This document shows, one piece after another, positions 13,402-24,905 of a stretch of 64,000 nucleotides of DNA (its first letter is position 1; each line of letters begins with the position of its first letter). A program made the translations under genes and the position numbers. Origin of the DNA: Chrysemys picta bellii (lineage: Eukaryota); contig NC_088792.1 in the NCBI RefSeq assembly GCF_011386835.1, positions 229,896,001 to 229,960,000 of the forward strand. The letters run 5' to 3'. The notes beneath the pieces were generated by a model. That model did no database searches and was not told where the DNA came from. It saw only the letters and a program-made list of their open reading frames with translations.

Positions 13402-14237
13402 TTAGATATGGGTTTGTACTCTATGCTCTTTGATTGTGTAATATTTAGAAGCTTGTGAAATATGCAGGTCTATTGACCACCAAAGTTGGGGAAAAGCCCC
13501 GGACAGAGTCCAGCTACAGAGATGACATTGTCCAACCACAAAAGAAGGGGAGAGATATGAAAGGTGCAGGATTGGCAGTTTTGGAGACTAGAGTCTTCTA
13601 TGTATCCACAGAACAGAGAGTATTGCAGCCATGCAAGAACACCAAAAATCACTGTGTTTGATTCAGCCCTGCTATAGCTTCCAGCAGCATATCCCAGGGT
13701 TACAGGACTAAATTTAAGGGCAGTTTTCTGGGAGGGGTGGAAGGAGGCTGCAATGGAGCAAGATATCTCCCCTTATTCTCCCCTCGCCCCCTCCCCCCCC
13801 AAATACTGGGATGAGTGTATCACAGGACTTTAGTTTTGAATGTAAAAATCAGAATCTATGAATCCAATGGCCACTGTGAGGTGGTAATCAAATCCACTTA
13901 CACAAACATGTAGTCCCCTCCTGTGCCTGCATTACGCCTAGGACTTCCTTGTGAGTCAAGTACAACGTTAAACAATAAAATAATTGCACATTGCTAGCAC
14001 TCTTCCAATATCAGTTCTCTACCTTGCATAGAAGAGGGCATGCTGCTCACAACTATCTATGGGAATAGATGAGTGTTCTGGAGAGAATAATCTTCTTACT
14101 GAAGATTGCAAACTATAAAAATATGTGAACAGAAACTAAAGATGGGGAAAAAATAATCTTTTTTTTTTAAAGTATAAAACAAATGTTTCCATTTGCCAGA
14201 CCGAGTCATTTTTGTTGTGATTTTATTTTTTGGATGG

Positions 14238-14349
14238 TTTCAGAGTAGCAGCCATGTTAGTCTGTATCCGCAAAAAGAACAGGAGTACTTGTGGCACCTT
14301 AGAGACTAACAAATTTATTAGAGCATAAGCTTTCGTGGACTACAGCTCA
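14238..14349 (-). mobile_element. Penelope terminal-repeat fragment
   Basis: Reverse copy of the terminal repeat seen at 13290-13400 and in 61105-61918; truncated inside the ribozyme stem II. Confidence 0.8.
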
Positions 14350-14984
14350 TTCCCAAAGATGATCAGGACAAAGTCAGTGACTAAAAGCTTCTATAAGGTC
14401 CAAAGCAGCTTGAAATAAATGTCTGACCAAGCATATTATCAATAGGTCAAATCCTAAAGACCATAGTATTTAGTCAGACAACTGCCATTGAGGTCAATAG
14501 GATTTTTGCCAGAATAAAAATTGAATAAAGACACCAGGATTTAGCCCTATGAATGGTCAGGAGACTAGTGTAATATTCCAATCAAGAAGTGCAATACTAG
14601 ACCTCTGAACTAAACAGTTTCCATAATAAGGATCCATTTTGTTATATGGATGTTCACAAAAAAAAATCCTCTCAGTTATAATTAGGGCTGATATGTAGAT
14701 TTAGTAGATATGTAGAAAACTTCCATTTTAGTCTTTAAATATGTAGTACTGGCAATGGGAAACAGTTTTTGCCTTCATGCAGGTTTCAGATGGAAACTGT
14801 GAAAGTTTAATTTTGAGAATATTCATATTGCCGACTCTCCAAGCAGCAGGCTGGATTCAAATCATGTGATAATGATGTGTATATGGGACCCTCCAACCAA
14901 GGATCCCAAAGTGCTCCACAGACTACACTATATATATCACTTTGAAGAATATGACAACAATTTAACTATACTCAGTGATTCAGG

Positions 14985-15350
14985 GCAGGAGAGGAACACT
15001 ATATTCATTTGAAACTACAGGTGAAGTTTTAAGATATACACACTGTAATTACACAAGCTGCATTGTCAACCAGGACATTAACTCCACTATTTCTGCTCTT
15101 GCAAAAGATACCATAGAAACTTCCATGGTTGCAAGTAGTCAGAACTTCAGTTTTATACCATACCTAAACGTCTTCATCTATACTATACAGTACCCCATAC
15201 CTAATGTCATGCTGGGGTATCACCTACTAAATGTCCCACACAGTTTCCTTCACCATTTCAGGTTTTCCTTGAAGTTTTCCCACCCAAATACTGTCCAAAT
15301 CCAGCAGTTCTTACTTCAGGAGATCTGAGGAGATTACACCCAATGTGATC
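14985..15350 (-). mobile_element. AmnSINE1-like (5S rRNA-headed, Deu-domain) ancient SINE
   Basis: Minus strand ATCTCCTCAGATCTCCTGAAGTAAG...AGTATTTGGGTGGGAAAAC aligns to the 5S rRNA A/C-box region, followed by CCCCAGCATG...TAAAACTGAAGTTCTGACTACTTG...TAATTACA...CCTGTAGTTTCAA resembling the remembered AmnSINE1 core. Confidence 0.65.
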
Positions 15351-15817
15351 AGTAGCATTATTTGGACTCACAAAGGAGAAAAAATTGAAAGGAAGAGATT
15401 TCAAGCCCAATCTTGAAAGAGATACTTTGAGAAAGTAACACAAATTGATAAGGGTCAAAGTGAGGCACATTTCTTTGGTTCCCAACTAGTTTCTAAAGGT
15501 TTTCTGTGTGTTTTGTTGGGTGAAAGAGGTGATAAGGTAGTTGTGCATAGAGTGACCAGCACAGATTTTGTTTACATAGCCCTATTGTACTACACATCAT
15601 GTTTAAACTTCTTGTCCTTGGCTTTGGTAACATTTTGACACACTGTCAGGTTGGTTTGCTTGAAGAATCTATAGGCAGTAGCTTTTTACATAAGAAGTCA
15701 TTTCAGGCAGAGAGAGAGATTGAGGCAAAGAATCAGTGCTACTGGTGATATTATCAGCTTCTAAATAGAACTGCATCAACAGAACAAATTTCTTGAAGAT
15801 CTAAATGTCTCTTTATT

Positions 15818-16521
15818 TGTTACCCTGTATCTGAGGGGTGTGTGTGCCCCAAGCTAATTGCAACCATATTATGTGCTTCAGCCACCATGAATTAATAAAA
15901 ATAGAATACCACATGGTATATGGGTAATTTGAAAGCAGGCTTTTCAAGGCTAGGTCAAAACTAGTTGGGAATTTCTGCTAATGAGACGGGGGGGGGGGGG
16001 AGAAAAGTCAACAATTGAGATTTCATCCACCAAGTTATTCAAACCTTGGATTTAAGCACATGTGATATAGAAGTTTATTATGATTAAGATTGTTAGGAAT
16101 GTTTGTTGATAAGTAGTTTATTGAACATTAGAAAAAGTGATGATTTAGTAGGGGGTCACTATGACCTGTGCGTTTTGTAGAAGTTATAAAAGACTAGTTA
16201 ACATAGCGTACTATGAAGCAGTCCTCTGATGCCATCTTGAGAGATGTTTTTCCTGACATCTTTTCTCCCCAGTGGGTGAGCAACTGGTCCCTGCAAACCT
16301 GTTGTTAATTACTCAATACCATTCCAGATTTTAGGTAAATATTTGGGATGTTCTAAACCTATTGCTTATGTCTGTGTGTGCTTAAATCTAATAGTGCACG
16401 CTTACTTGCATTAATCTTTTATCAGACAGAATTGCTGTGTTCCATTGATTTATTCCTGACACTGCCTGGAGTGAAACAGGTAAGTTACCACTTCTGTGAG
16501 TTCTGAAAACCCTGGGTAACA
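15818..16521 (+). mobile_element. Probable solo LTR
   Basis: Perfect 8-bp terminal inverted repeat TGTTACCC...GGGTAACA, ~700 bp, LTR-like composition; no TSD match. Confidence 0.5.
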
Positions 16522-17007
16522 CAAAAAAAAGTTTAAGCAAAAACTTGTTAGGACAATCTGGCAAATCCCAATATTATTATATTCAAGGCCTTCAGACAGC
16601 CCTTGTCAACATCTCTGAGCTGGTCTTCTTTGGCATTCCCTGGCCTTTTCTGTTCCACTAATTAGGTCAGTCTTAATACTATTGATCGTCTGTCAACCAT
16701 CTCTATACCTTCTCCCAGGCTCCCCTTATATTTGGACTGCCCTCCATCCCGTTCAACTGAACCACTTATCCTGAACTCATCAAAATCCCTCCTATAAACT
16801 CACTTCTGTCATTGCATTGTGAAGCACAGGGATGAAAAAATAAGAAATGCAACGATGTGCACATGCCTCACTGAACTGAGTGATTATATGATCTTACTGG
16901 TGTCATCCTGATCCCCCCTCTTTTTGCCTGTTTATTACTCTCCTCCGTTGTGTCCTGTCAATTGAGTCTGCTGCAGGAATTGCATTTTTATTTGCTCTTC
17001 TGAGGTA

Positions 17008-17205
17008 CACCTCTACCTCAATATAACGCTGTCCTCGGGAGCCAAAAAATCTTACCATGTTATAGGTGAAACCACGTTATATTGAACTTGCTTTGATCCA
17101 CCAGAGTGCGCAGCCCCTTCTATCCCCCCTCTCCCGGAGCACTGCTTTACTGCATTATATCCGAATTCGTGTTATATCAGGTCGCGTTATATCGGGGTAG
17201 AGGTG
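17008..17205. mobile_element. Tc1/mariner-superfamily MITE (copy 1)
   Basis: TIR CACCTCTACC..ATATAAC / GTTATAT..GGTAGAGGTG with TA on both sides; a second copy lies inverted at 56177-56369. Confidence 0.85.
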
Positions 17206-17814
17206 TATTAAACATATTTTTGGGTGCTCAAAAAATAAATGAAATAGTGTCTGATATGGATACATCCTCAAATTTTAAAAAATGGAAAAGTAGATTAAGC
17301 TTGGGCCTGGTCCAGTTATAAGGACTTTAGGAGAAAGGAAAAGCTACCTAACTCTAAACTAGCTAGCTAAGGTACTTATATGCCACTATTACTGTAGTAT
17401 CTGAACTTCTTTAAATGTATTTACCCCCCCCACCACCAACACCCCTGAGACAGAGCAATGTACTGTTATCCCCCTTTTATGAATGGGCAACTGAGGCACA
17501 GAGGGACTTCAGCCCAGATCCTCAAATGTATTTAGGCACCTAACTCCCATTGACTTGCCTGAAGTCACTCTGTATGAGCTGCTTCTATCATCTCTTCCTT
17601 TGCTTCTGGATGTAGTGAATGCCTGTGTTTCTGGAGACAAAGTGGATTGTGCTTGTACTCAGTTCTCATGGCTTCTTCTTGATCTTGCTATATTAACACA
17701 GAAAGGGTACGTTTTACATAGACACCCAGGATTTGCCAACCTTCTATATTGTGCTTTGATTGCTGTCTAGTGTTGGGAAAGGGACCGTTATAGTTGGTGT
17801 GCCTACCAATTCTT

Positions 17815-18002
17815 TCATAGAATAACAGGGTTGGAAGGGACCTCGCGGGGTCATCTAGTCCAACCCCCTGCTCAAAGCAGGACCAATCCCCAGACAGATT
17901 TTCTTTTTAACCCCAGTTCCCTAAATGGTCCCCTCAAGGATTGAATTCATAACCCTGGGTTTAGCAGGCCAATGCTCAAACCACTGAGCTATCCCTCCCC
18001 CC
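17815..18002 (-). mobile_element. Tortoise Pol III/SINE (tRNA-Lys head, CR1 3' tail)
   Basis: Minus strand GGGAGGGATAGCTCAGTGGTTTGAGCATTGGCCTGCTAAACCCAGGGTTATGAATTCAATCC (A and B boxes) followed by a CR1-type tail GGGGGTTGGACTAGATGACC...CCCTTCCAACCC...TTCTATGA. Confidence 0.9.
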
Positions 18003-19371
18003 AGTTCTACATATGTGAAGTCATACATACACAATCCAGTGGAACATATGGGGGGAGATTTTCCAAGTCACACACGGCATTGACTTTAAGTGGGATTTAG
18101 TAGCCTAATTGCCACTTGTGCCTTGGAAAATCTCCACCAGAGTTTATTTGACCCATATATATCTGAAAGGACTGTTGGGAACAAGACAATAAGATTTTCA
18201 CTTTACTAATATATTACTGTTCTAGGTAAATAAAGAAAACTGAACAAAAGCATAAACATCGGGCTGTATAACTTCATTTAAGTCTCTGGATCACAAACTT
18301 CTTGACCTTTTGGTAACCACTGCCATTTTTTATTTAATGGCACTTCTTGCCATTTGGGGCATTTTTTGAAGTTATGGTTTAATTCTCTTTTCACTCTGCC
18401 TCTTGGGAGAAGATGGTCTCTTTTCTGTGATCCCTCAACCCAAAACGTGAGACCTGAACTTCCAACATCTACATAATATATAATGCTGTGCCCAGCCTTC
18501 CGGAATCATGTTCTGCTATGCATGCTGCTTTTCTGTTCTACATCTGTTGTGGCACAAGCTCTTATCCTGACTTTCATTCTCTGACTCAGTATTTGTACTT
18601 CTGTCTCATATGGTGCTGAAAACATCTTTAGCTGCACTACACTGTAATTGGTATCAAAATATTTGGTAGCACAGTCAATAACACCCACAACTTTCATTTA
18701 TTGCATCTGTCAGTATAGAATGATGGTGTCTTCATACACTTTTTTGTGGTTTTGGCTTATTTTCTTCTAAGAAACAGATACATCTCTCTCATTTTAATGG
18801 TAGAAATGCTATTTCTGAGTAAGGGAATCTTCTCTCTCAAGTTTCTTTTCCAAAGAAGTGCTTTGGAGGACCATGATGAGCATTGGATCCCGGTGAAAGC
18901 AACAGCAGCAGCAGCAAGTGTACCTGCATGTTCATTTGTAGTCTCTAACAGTCAGTAGGTATGACATCAGTACAGAGTGGAAAAAGATAGATCATAATAC
19001 AAAGACACACTGGGTTCTAATATGGAATATTGAAGCCTTTGCAAGTGTGGCAATCTGACGACGTACAAGAACCCTAAAATATCAGATAAGACTGGAGTAG
19101 AATGTTGGATTTAATATTTTGGAGACAAAACAGGTACACCGTACTTTACCAACCAGGGAAAGTCCAGACGACATCATGATGAGCTCTCTGAAATCTCTCT
19201 CACAGATGTGTGCATATGCACCCTGAGTAAAAGTTGCAGAACTGATCTCTCTGAAGCCCATTGTAAATGGTCCCTGTACAAGCCCCAATAGGTAAATTCA
19301 TATAAATAAGGTGGGCTAATTTCTCTGTGTTGGAGAATTCATTGTTTGGCATAGAATTTGTATATTATATT

Positions 19372-20397
19372 TGTCACGCTGTGTGGAATGGCTGAAGACT
19401 GAGTGCCTACCTCAGAGCAGACTGTCAAAAACAGGACAATTTGGTGGTGTGTGTTCTACTATTAGATTTCACCAAACCAGTAACAAACGTGAACTTCTGG
19501 ATCACTATAATAGTCTTACCATTCACAGACAGTCCCCTTAGACTCTCCAGTCTATCTTGCCACCCGGACAAACCAAAAATTACACCACATTCAGGTTGCT
19601 TCCAGTCCCAAGAGACTCATCACTTACCCCAGCTCAACTGGTGCCCTAGTTCTTACAACATGCCTGTAGCCAATCCTGTAATAAACTATCTAAAGGTGTA
19701 TTAACTAGGAAAAGGGAATAAGAGTTATTTATAGGTTAAAGCAAACATATGCACACCAATGAATTACCATCTACAAAGCTGTAGTGATCTGTACATTCAA
19801 ATTGTCTTTCAGGGCAGATCCAGGAGGCAGTCCCTGGGGCTCTCTGGCTTCAGTTTAGAGTCCCTGGCCCTTCAGACTTCAAACGGCCAAAAAGATGCAG
19901 TTTCTTCTTGTCAGGGATTTTTATTCCCTTCCCCCACAATTCAAGATGATGGGACAAGTTCACATGCACATCTCCTCTTCACAAGTGGTGGGGAGCAATC
20001 AATGAAGTCTTTTGCCCTCTGATGTTCCACAGTGGTTTGTCTGGTGTCTATGGGCCTTCTTTTGTTGGGCAGGAGATAACACCTCTTGGGGCAAACTAGT
20101 GTTTCACACTTGGTAATGTTTCTCTCCTGACTGTGGGGTTTACAGTTTCAGAGCAAGCACTTAAATATTAACTTATGACATGGAATATAGATATTACAAG
20201 TGAGATTAATACACACAGCAACACACAAACATTTCAAAGAGTCTAAACACTGAATATAATTCTTACAAGAATTATACCAATTTTGAGCAAAACTAACCTA
20301 CAAGTGACCTGGTCTAGTCTCCAGCTATGAGGTTGTCAGTTCTTAGCTAATGCCTGCAGCCTCGGTAAGAGCTGGCATCTGGCCTGCCAGCGTCACA
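19372..20397 (-). mobile_element. Solo LTR with intact 5-bp TSD
   Basis: TGTCACGCTG...CAGCGTCACA termini; ATATT at 19367-19371 and 20398-20402. Confidence 0.85.
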
Positions 20398-20617
20398 ATA
20401 TTGACAAGCAGAGATCAGCTCATCTACTCTGGGTCTAGCTGATACACTGCCAAAGCTAATTAAAATCCCTTACTGACTGCTGCAACATGCACTGCCAAAG
20501 AAAATGAAGAATTTGGTTTGCTCTGATTTCATAATTGAGGAACCCACTTTTCTTGAGTGCTGTCAGAGAGAAGTAATCTTTGAACATCACATACACAGCA
20601 GTGCAATTTCAATCTCA

Positions 20618-20810
20618 GGGCTTGTCTACACAAAAAAGTTGTATCACTTTAACTATACTGGTGTAGCTAAAGCAGTAAGATTCTTCCTAGTGTGGATGCA
20701 GTTACACTGGTATAAAAGAGGCTTGTATTGCTATAGTTGTCGCCACATAGGGAAGGGAGTAAGGTATACCAGTTGAAGCACGATTATACTGGTATAACTG
20801 CATCCACAGT
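20618..20810. mobile_element. Degraded Harbinger-like MITE
   Basis: Begins GGGCTTGTCTACAC like the other Harbinger-type TIRs here; internally palindromic; right end decayed. Confidence 0.4.
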
Positions 20811-22704
20811 AGGATACTAATATGTAACCAGGATACAAACCAGTATATAGGCAAAACCTTGGTGAAATGATTTCATCTGAGAAATACTATAAGATGCTGT
20901 GTGTGTGTGAACACACCCTCCTGCTCCCCTGGGTACCAAAGGCACAATCCCTCCTAGAGCTCTCCCCCAGGGTGGGGAGCAGCCCTACACTGCCCCCAAT
21001 GCAGGCGAGTGACTTTATCAAAATAGGTACACACACAAAACCTGGACCTCAGTTGAGGTTTGGAAAAGTTTAATCCCCCATCCCATTGTTGTTGTTGTTT
21101 TTAATGGCTTCATTTCCAGGTTCCCATCTGTACCACTTGAAGAGAGAGGAAGAGAGAGAGATTCTTTTCATGGTATAATGTTTCCAGTTCAACCAGAAGA
21201 AGGAAATTCCAGAAATAACATGAGAAGGGCCATTGCACAAGACTTACAGCTCAATTTTCCACACCCAAGACATATGGATTAGACAGCCAGACTTGTGGGT
21301 ACTTATTTATATGAACTGAAACACCGTTGCAATCTTACTGGGCTTCACCAATCAAAGCTGTGACCTCAACACAAAGCATCAGTCTAGGGCTCAAAGGGTA
21401 TGGTACCATTATCTTCATAATATCAAGATAATCCAGAACTTCAGTGTTTATTTACAAAGAGCCTGGGCTAAATTCTGCTCTCAGTTACACCTGTGTGAAT
21501 CCAGAGATACTCCATAATATCAGCTGAGTTACTTTACATTTAGATTGGTGTAAATAAGATCAGATCAGGCCTTCTGCCACTAAAAGTAGATGGAATTTAC
21601 AGCATGAACCCCCCCACACACACCACCACACACACACATATATACAAGCTTTTTACATTTACAAGATGATTCAAAACTTAGGTTAAAGAAAGTTAGTTTG
21701 CTTATAACTAAAAATACTACCTCTGTAATGAAAAAGAGAAACTCAAGTTAGATGAAGTTTGCCTCTGGCCCATGCAAGTTATCCATGTAAAAAATAAAAA
21801 ATAAGACTGAGATCTAACAGTGAAGAACAAAGGAACTGAATATTCAATCACAATTGCACCAAAATTTAGTAGCTAAGCAAAGGCAACTATCAAAGGGAGT
21901 TAAAGATGGAAAGTAATCCACTACCTTATGTTAAAGATGAGAAAAATGGTCTAACAGTTCATAAAAATAACCCCTCTGCCACCTACACCCACACTTTTTT
22001 GGCATATCAAAATGCAAGGGAAAATTATACCATTCTAGAGTCAAGTTCCATATCCTCTAGTATTGTGACAGGGCTTGAAATAATATTTCTATGCTGCCAT
22101 CTAGTGCACTGCTCAAAGAATACAGGCTTGTTGTGTCTGGCTAAAACTAATAAGGAGAAAAGCTCTCTCTGCCCCCTTTTCCACATATAAATGACTTATT
22201 TTCAGTGCCCACCAAACAACACAACTTTACAAGTTCCCTGCTATAGCAATTATTATGTATACGTTTCATTTGGCCAATAGTTATATTGAAGCCCATATTT
22301 TGATACAAAATTCATTAGTATTTCTTCATGCCCAGTTTTCAAAACAATATTTAAAAGGATGCTGAAATTCTTTTCTGTAAGTGTGCATGATTATTAACTG
22401 ATTATAGTCAGTTCCTTGTATTAGGTAAAGATATTGTAAAGGTCCAGTCCTGCAGCCACTACTGAGTTCAATAGAACTATGCAAACAAGGAACCGCTATA
22501 GGATTGAGCCATGTGTAGAGAAATAAAAATGTGGAGAAGTGGAAAAACCTGAAACTTGGTAGGCCCAAGCTGTTCTTTAAAATTAGAGTGTGTTTATACC
22601 CCATAGGAGATCAGCATAATCAGTCAGTCAATAAAAAGAAGGCAAGAGGGAGGAGTACAAAGAGCTAAAGAAAGAGTGTGCCTTGGAGGAAGCAAGTATT
22701 TGCT

Positions 22705-24195
22705 TTACAAGTAACTGATTTTTCTGAATGTTTTGTCTATGTGGATCCCATTTGTGGGGTGTGTGCACCTCACACAAGACTGGAATCTCTGACCAGCACA
22801 GTCTGTTGGGGCTGCATCTGCACTGCGTGTCTCTTCATGTCTCCCCACTCCAGAATACATAGGGCAGAATGGGCCTGATGGAGGCTCCTGATGGACTGTG
22901 AAGTAGCAGGAATGGTTGACTGGGCATAAGATCCATATAGGCTAAACATCTCAAAGCACCACAGTTACCTGAAGGAAAGAAACTGTTCTCTTCCTCTTCA
23001 AGTCTTTGTAGATCCCACATGTGGTGGCTAGCTGTCAGTACCCCCTAGGAACAGAAGTGGAGGAGACCTCTCTCTGTAGCTAACTAAATAAGGATTGCAG
23101 AACTGCAATGCTAAATTTGGCCAGATCCAGGATATAATGCTTTGAAAAGTATGAGCTGAGCTCCGCGGAACTGCTCTGAGAGAGCCAATAGGCAGTGCTT
23201 AATTTGTAATGAAAGAGGTGCTGAGGCTCAAGCAATTTTTTTACTTTCATACTTTTTACTGACATGCCAAGCCCAGAGGGGCTGGGGCTACGAACTGCCA
23301 AGCCTTGAGTTCCCATGGCTCAGCCCTGGCAAGCCTTGGCACAAGCCTTGGCTTCAGCCAGTGCTGAAGGATGCAAAGGGCCTGGCTCACTAACCAACGT
23401 GGACTGATCAGGTTTTTGGGGCTGAGATTTAAAACAGTCAGAATATTCATGACGCTATTCCTCCTCTTTGGTTTCTCATGCTCTGAGAAAGAGGGTCAAT
23501 GCTGACAGTCACCCATGATACAACCTTCTGATCAGCTCAGTCTTAGTGAAGTGGAGGTGATACCAAGCTTCAGAGCTGAGATCCCAACTAGCGCAGAGCT
23601 TGATTTGGGAAACCAAAGGCAGCTTGTTGAAGGGGTGGAGGGTCCCTTCTCAGCACTGACCAAAGGACTCTTAGGGATAGAGTCCCTAATTACTGGGGTG
23701 CTGAAAGAATGGGATTTTTGAGAGGATAGTCCCTTTGGGGGAATCAGAGGGACATCTTTCTAAATCTCCCTTCACTGACTGCTCCAACAGAAAAACAGTT
23801 TAGCCAGGTATCTCTGGAGTGAGGGGTTCTGTTGGAGGAAGACTGGCACAGCAAACAATGGTCTGGAACATGTCCCTCACCCAAACACAAAAGGCAACAG
23901 TTATGACCATCCAGAGAAGGAACAGACCATTGCAGGATGGGCAGGGCTTGATGCCCAAAGATTTGAGCTCAACCACTTGGTGGGAAGGTAGACACTGCTG
24001 AGTTCTATCTCACTGCCACAGGCAGGAAGACAGCACTGAGCCAGGGCTTCTCTGTCCTAGATGTTCTCAGATGGGGAGATGAAGGCATGAAAGGTATAGG
24101 TGCAGCCCTAGAAACACTGATGGTCAAGAGATTCTGATCTCACAAGCATACATACCACAAGCAGAATCCCCATGGAGAAAGATTCCAAGAACTTT
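22705..24195 (-). mobile_element. Internally deleted DIRS1-like retrotransposon retaining both ITRs
   Basis: Inverted similarity between ~22715-22880 and ~24040-24195; minus-strand ORF 23080-23316 ends YFSKHYILDLAKFSIAVLQS (recombinase C-terminus, F.KHY.LD); RT and most of YR absent. Confidence 0.7.
23193..23335. mobile_element. hAT-like MITE fragment nested in DIRS
   Basis: Starts CAGTGCTTAATTTGTAATGAAAGAGGTGCTG and interrupts the DIRS recombinase region. Confidence 0.5.
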
Positions 24196-24789
24196 AGTGA
24201 AAGAAAGAGGCAAAATTAGAGGGGGCAGAAAGGAGGAGAAGGTGATAGCAGGAAAAACAGGGGGAGGGGGAGAAAAGAGGCAAAAAGGAGAGGACAGAGC
24301 AAGAGGAAAATGCAGGGGATGGGAACAAAGAGTAAACAGAAAGCAGGAGATGGAAATGGAATAAGAAAAGAGACTCTGAAAAATTCATTTTAACTCTACA
24401 TTATATAGTACTATAATGATCCTACAGTAGTTAGAACCTTTAATGTAGGATTCTGTAGTATTATTAGATAAGTGCAAGTAGGCGATAAGGGTAAAGACTA
24501 GAGGAAAGGAGAAAGTTAGAGAGACAAGAGAGGTTAACCAGGAGAAAAACTTGTCTGCTAAACTAAAAGTACAGAGCCCAGTCTTCAGTATGTTTGTAGC
24601 TACATATTTACATGGGTCTGAAAGCCAATAGCCGTTAAACCTGTTACTAAGGGGATAACAGGACCCACTATGGTTATTTCAACACCAGTCATTCTGGTAC
24701 ACATATCCTCTATACTAGGCTTTGGGGGATGTGCCATGATAAAAGAGAAAACTAGAGAAAAACATAAGAGGAGTTAAAACTTACTGTGA

Positions 24790-24905
24790 TGGAAGAATAT
24801 GTTCTAGGAATTATTTTGGGGAAATTCTAATGGTTGTATTATACAGGAGATCTGTATAATTAGATTATCACAATGGTTCCTTCTGGTCTTGCAATCTATG
24901 ACTCC
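24790..24905 (+). mobile_element. CR1 3' end fragment
   Basis: ATGTTCTAGGAATTATTTTGGGGAAATTCT...GGTTCCTTCTGGTCTTGCAATCTATGA matches the 3' UTR of the CR1 at 7082-9960. Confidence 0.6.

Noticed and set aside
18506-19288. Harbinger/DDE_Tnp_4-like words (VVGVIDC; ISS...ELIMMSSGL)
   Set aside because: The two motifs are in the wrong order on the minus strand for that transposase and similarity is weak; kept only as an unassigned island.
24190-24390. Purine-rich tract giving a hydrophobic minus-strand ORF
   Set aside because: Low-complexity GA-rich sequence; the ORF is compositional.
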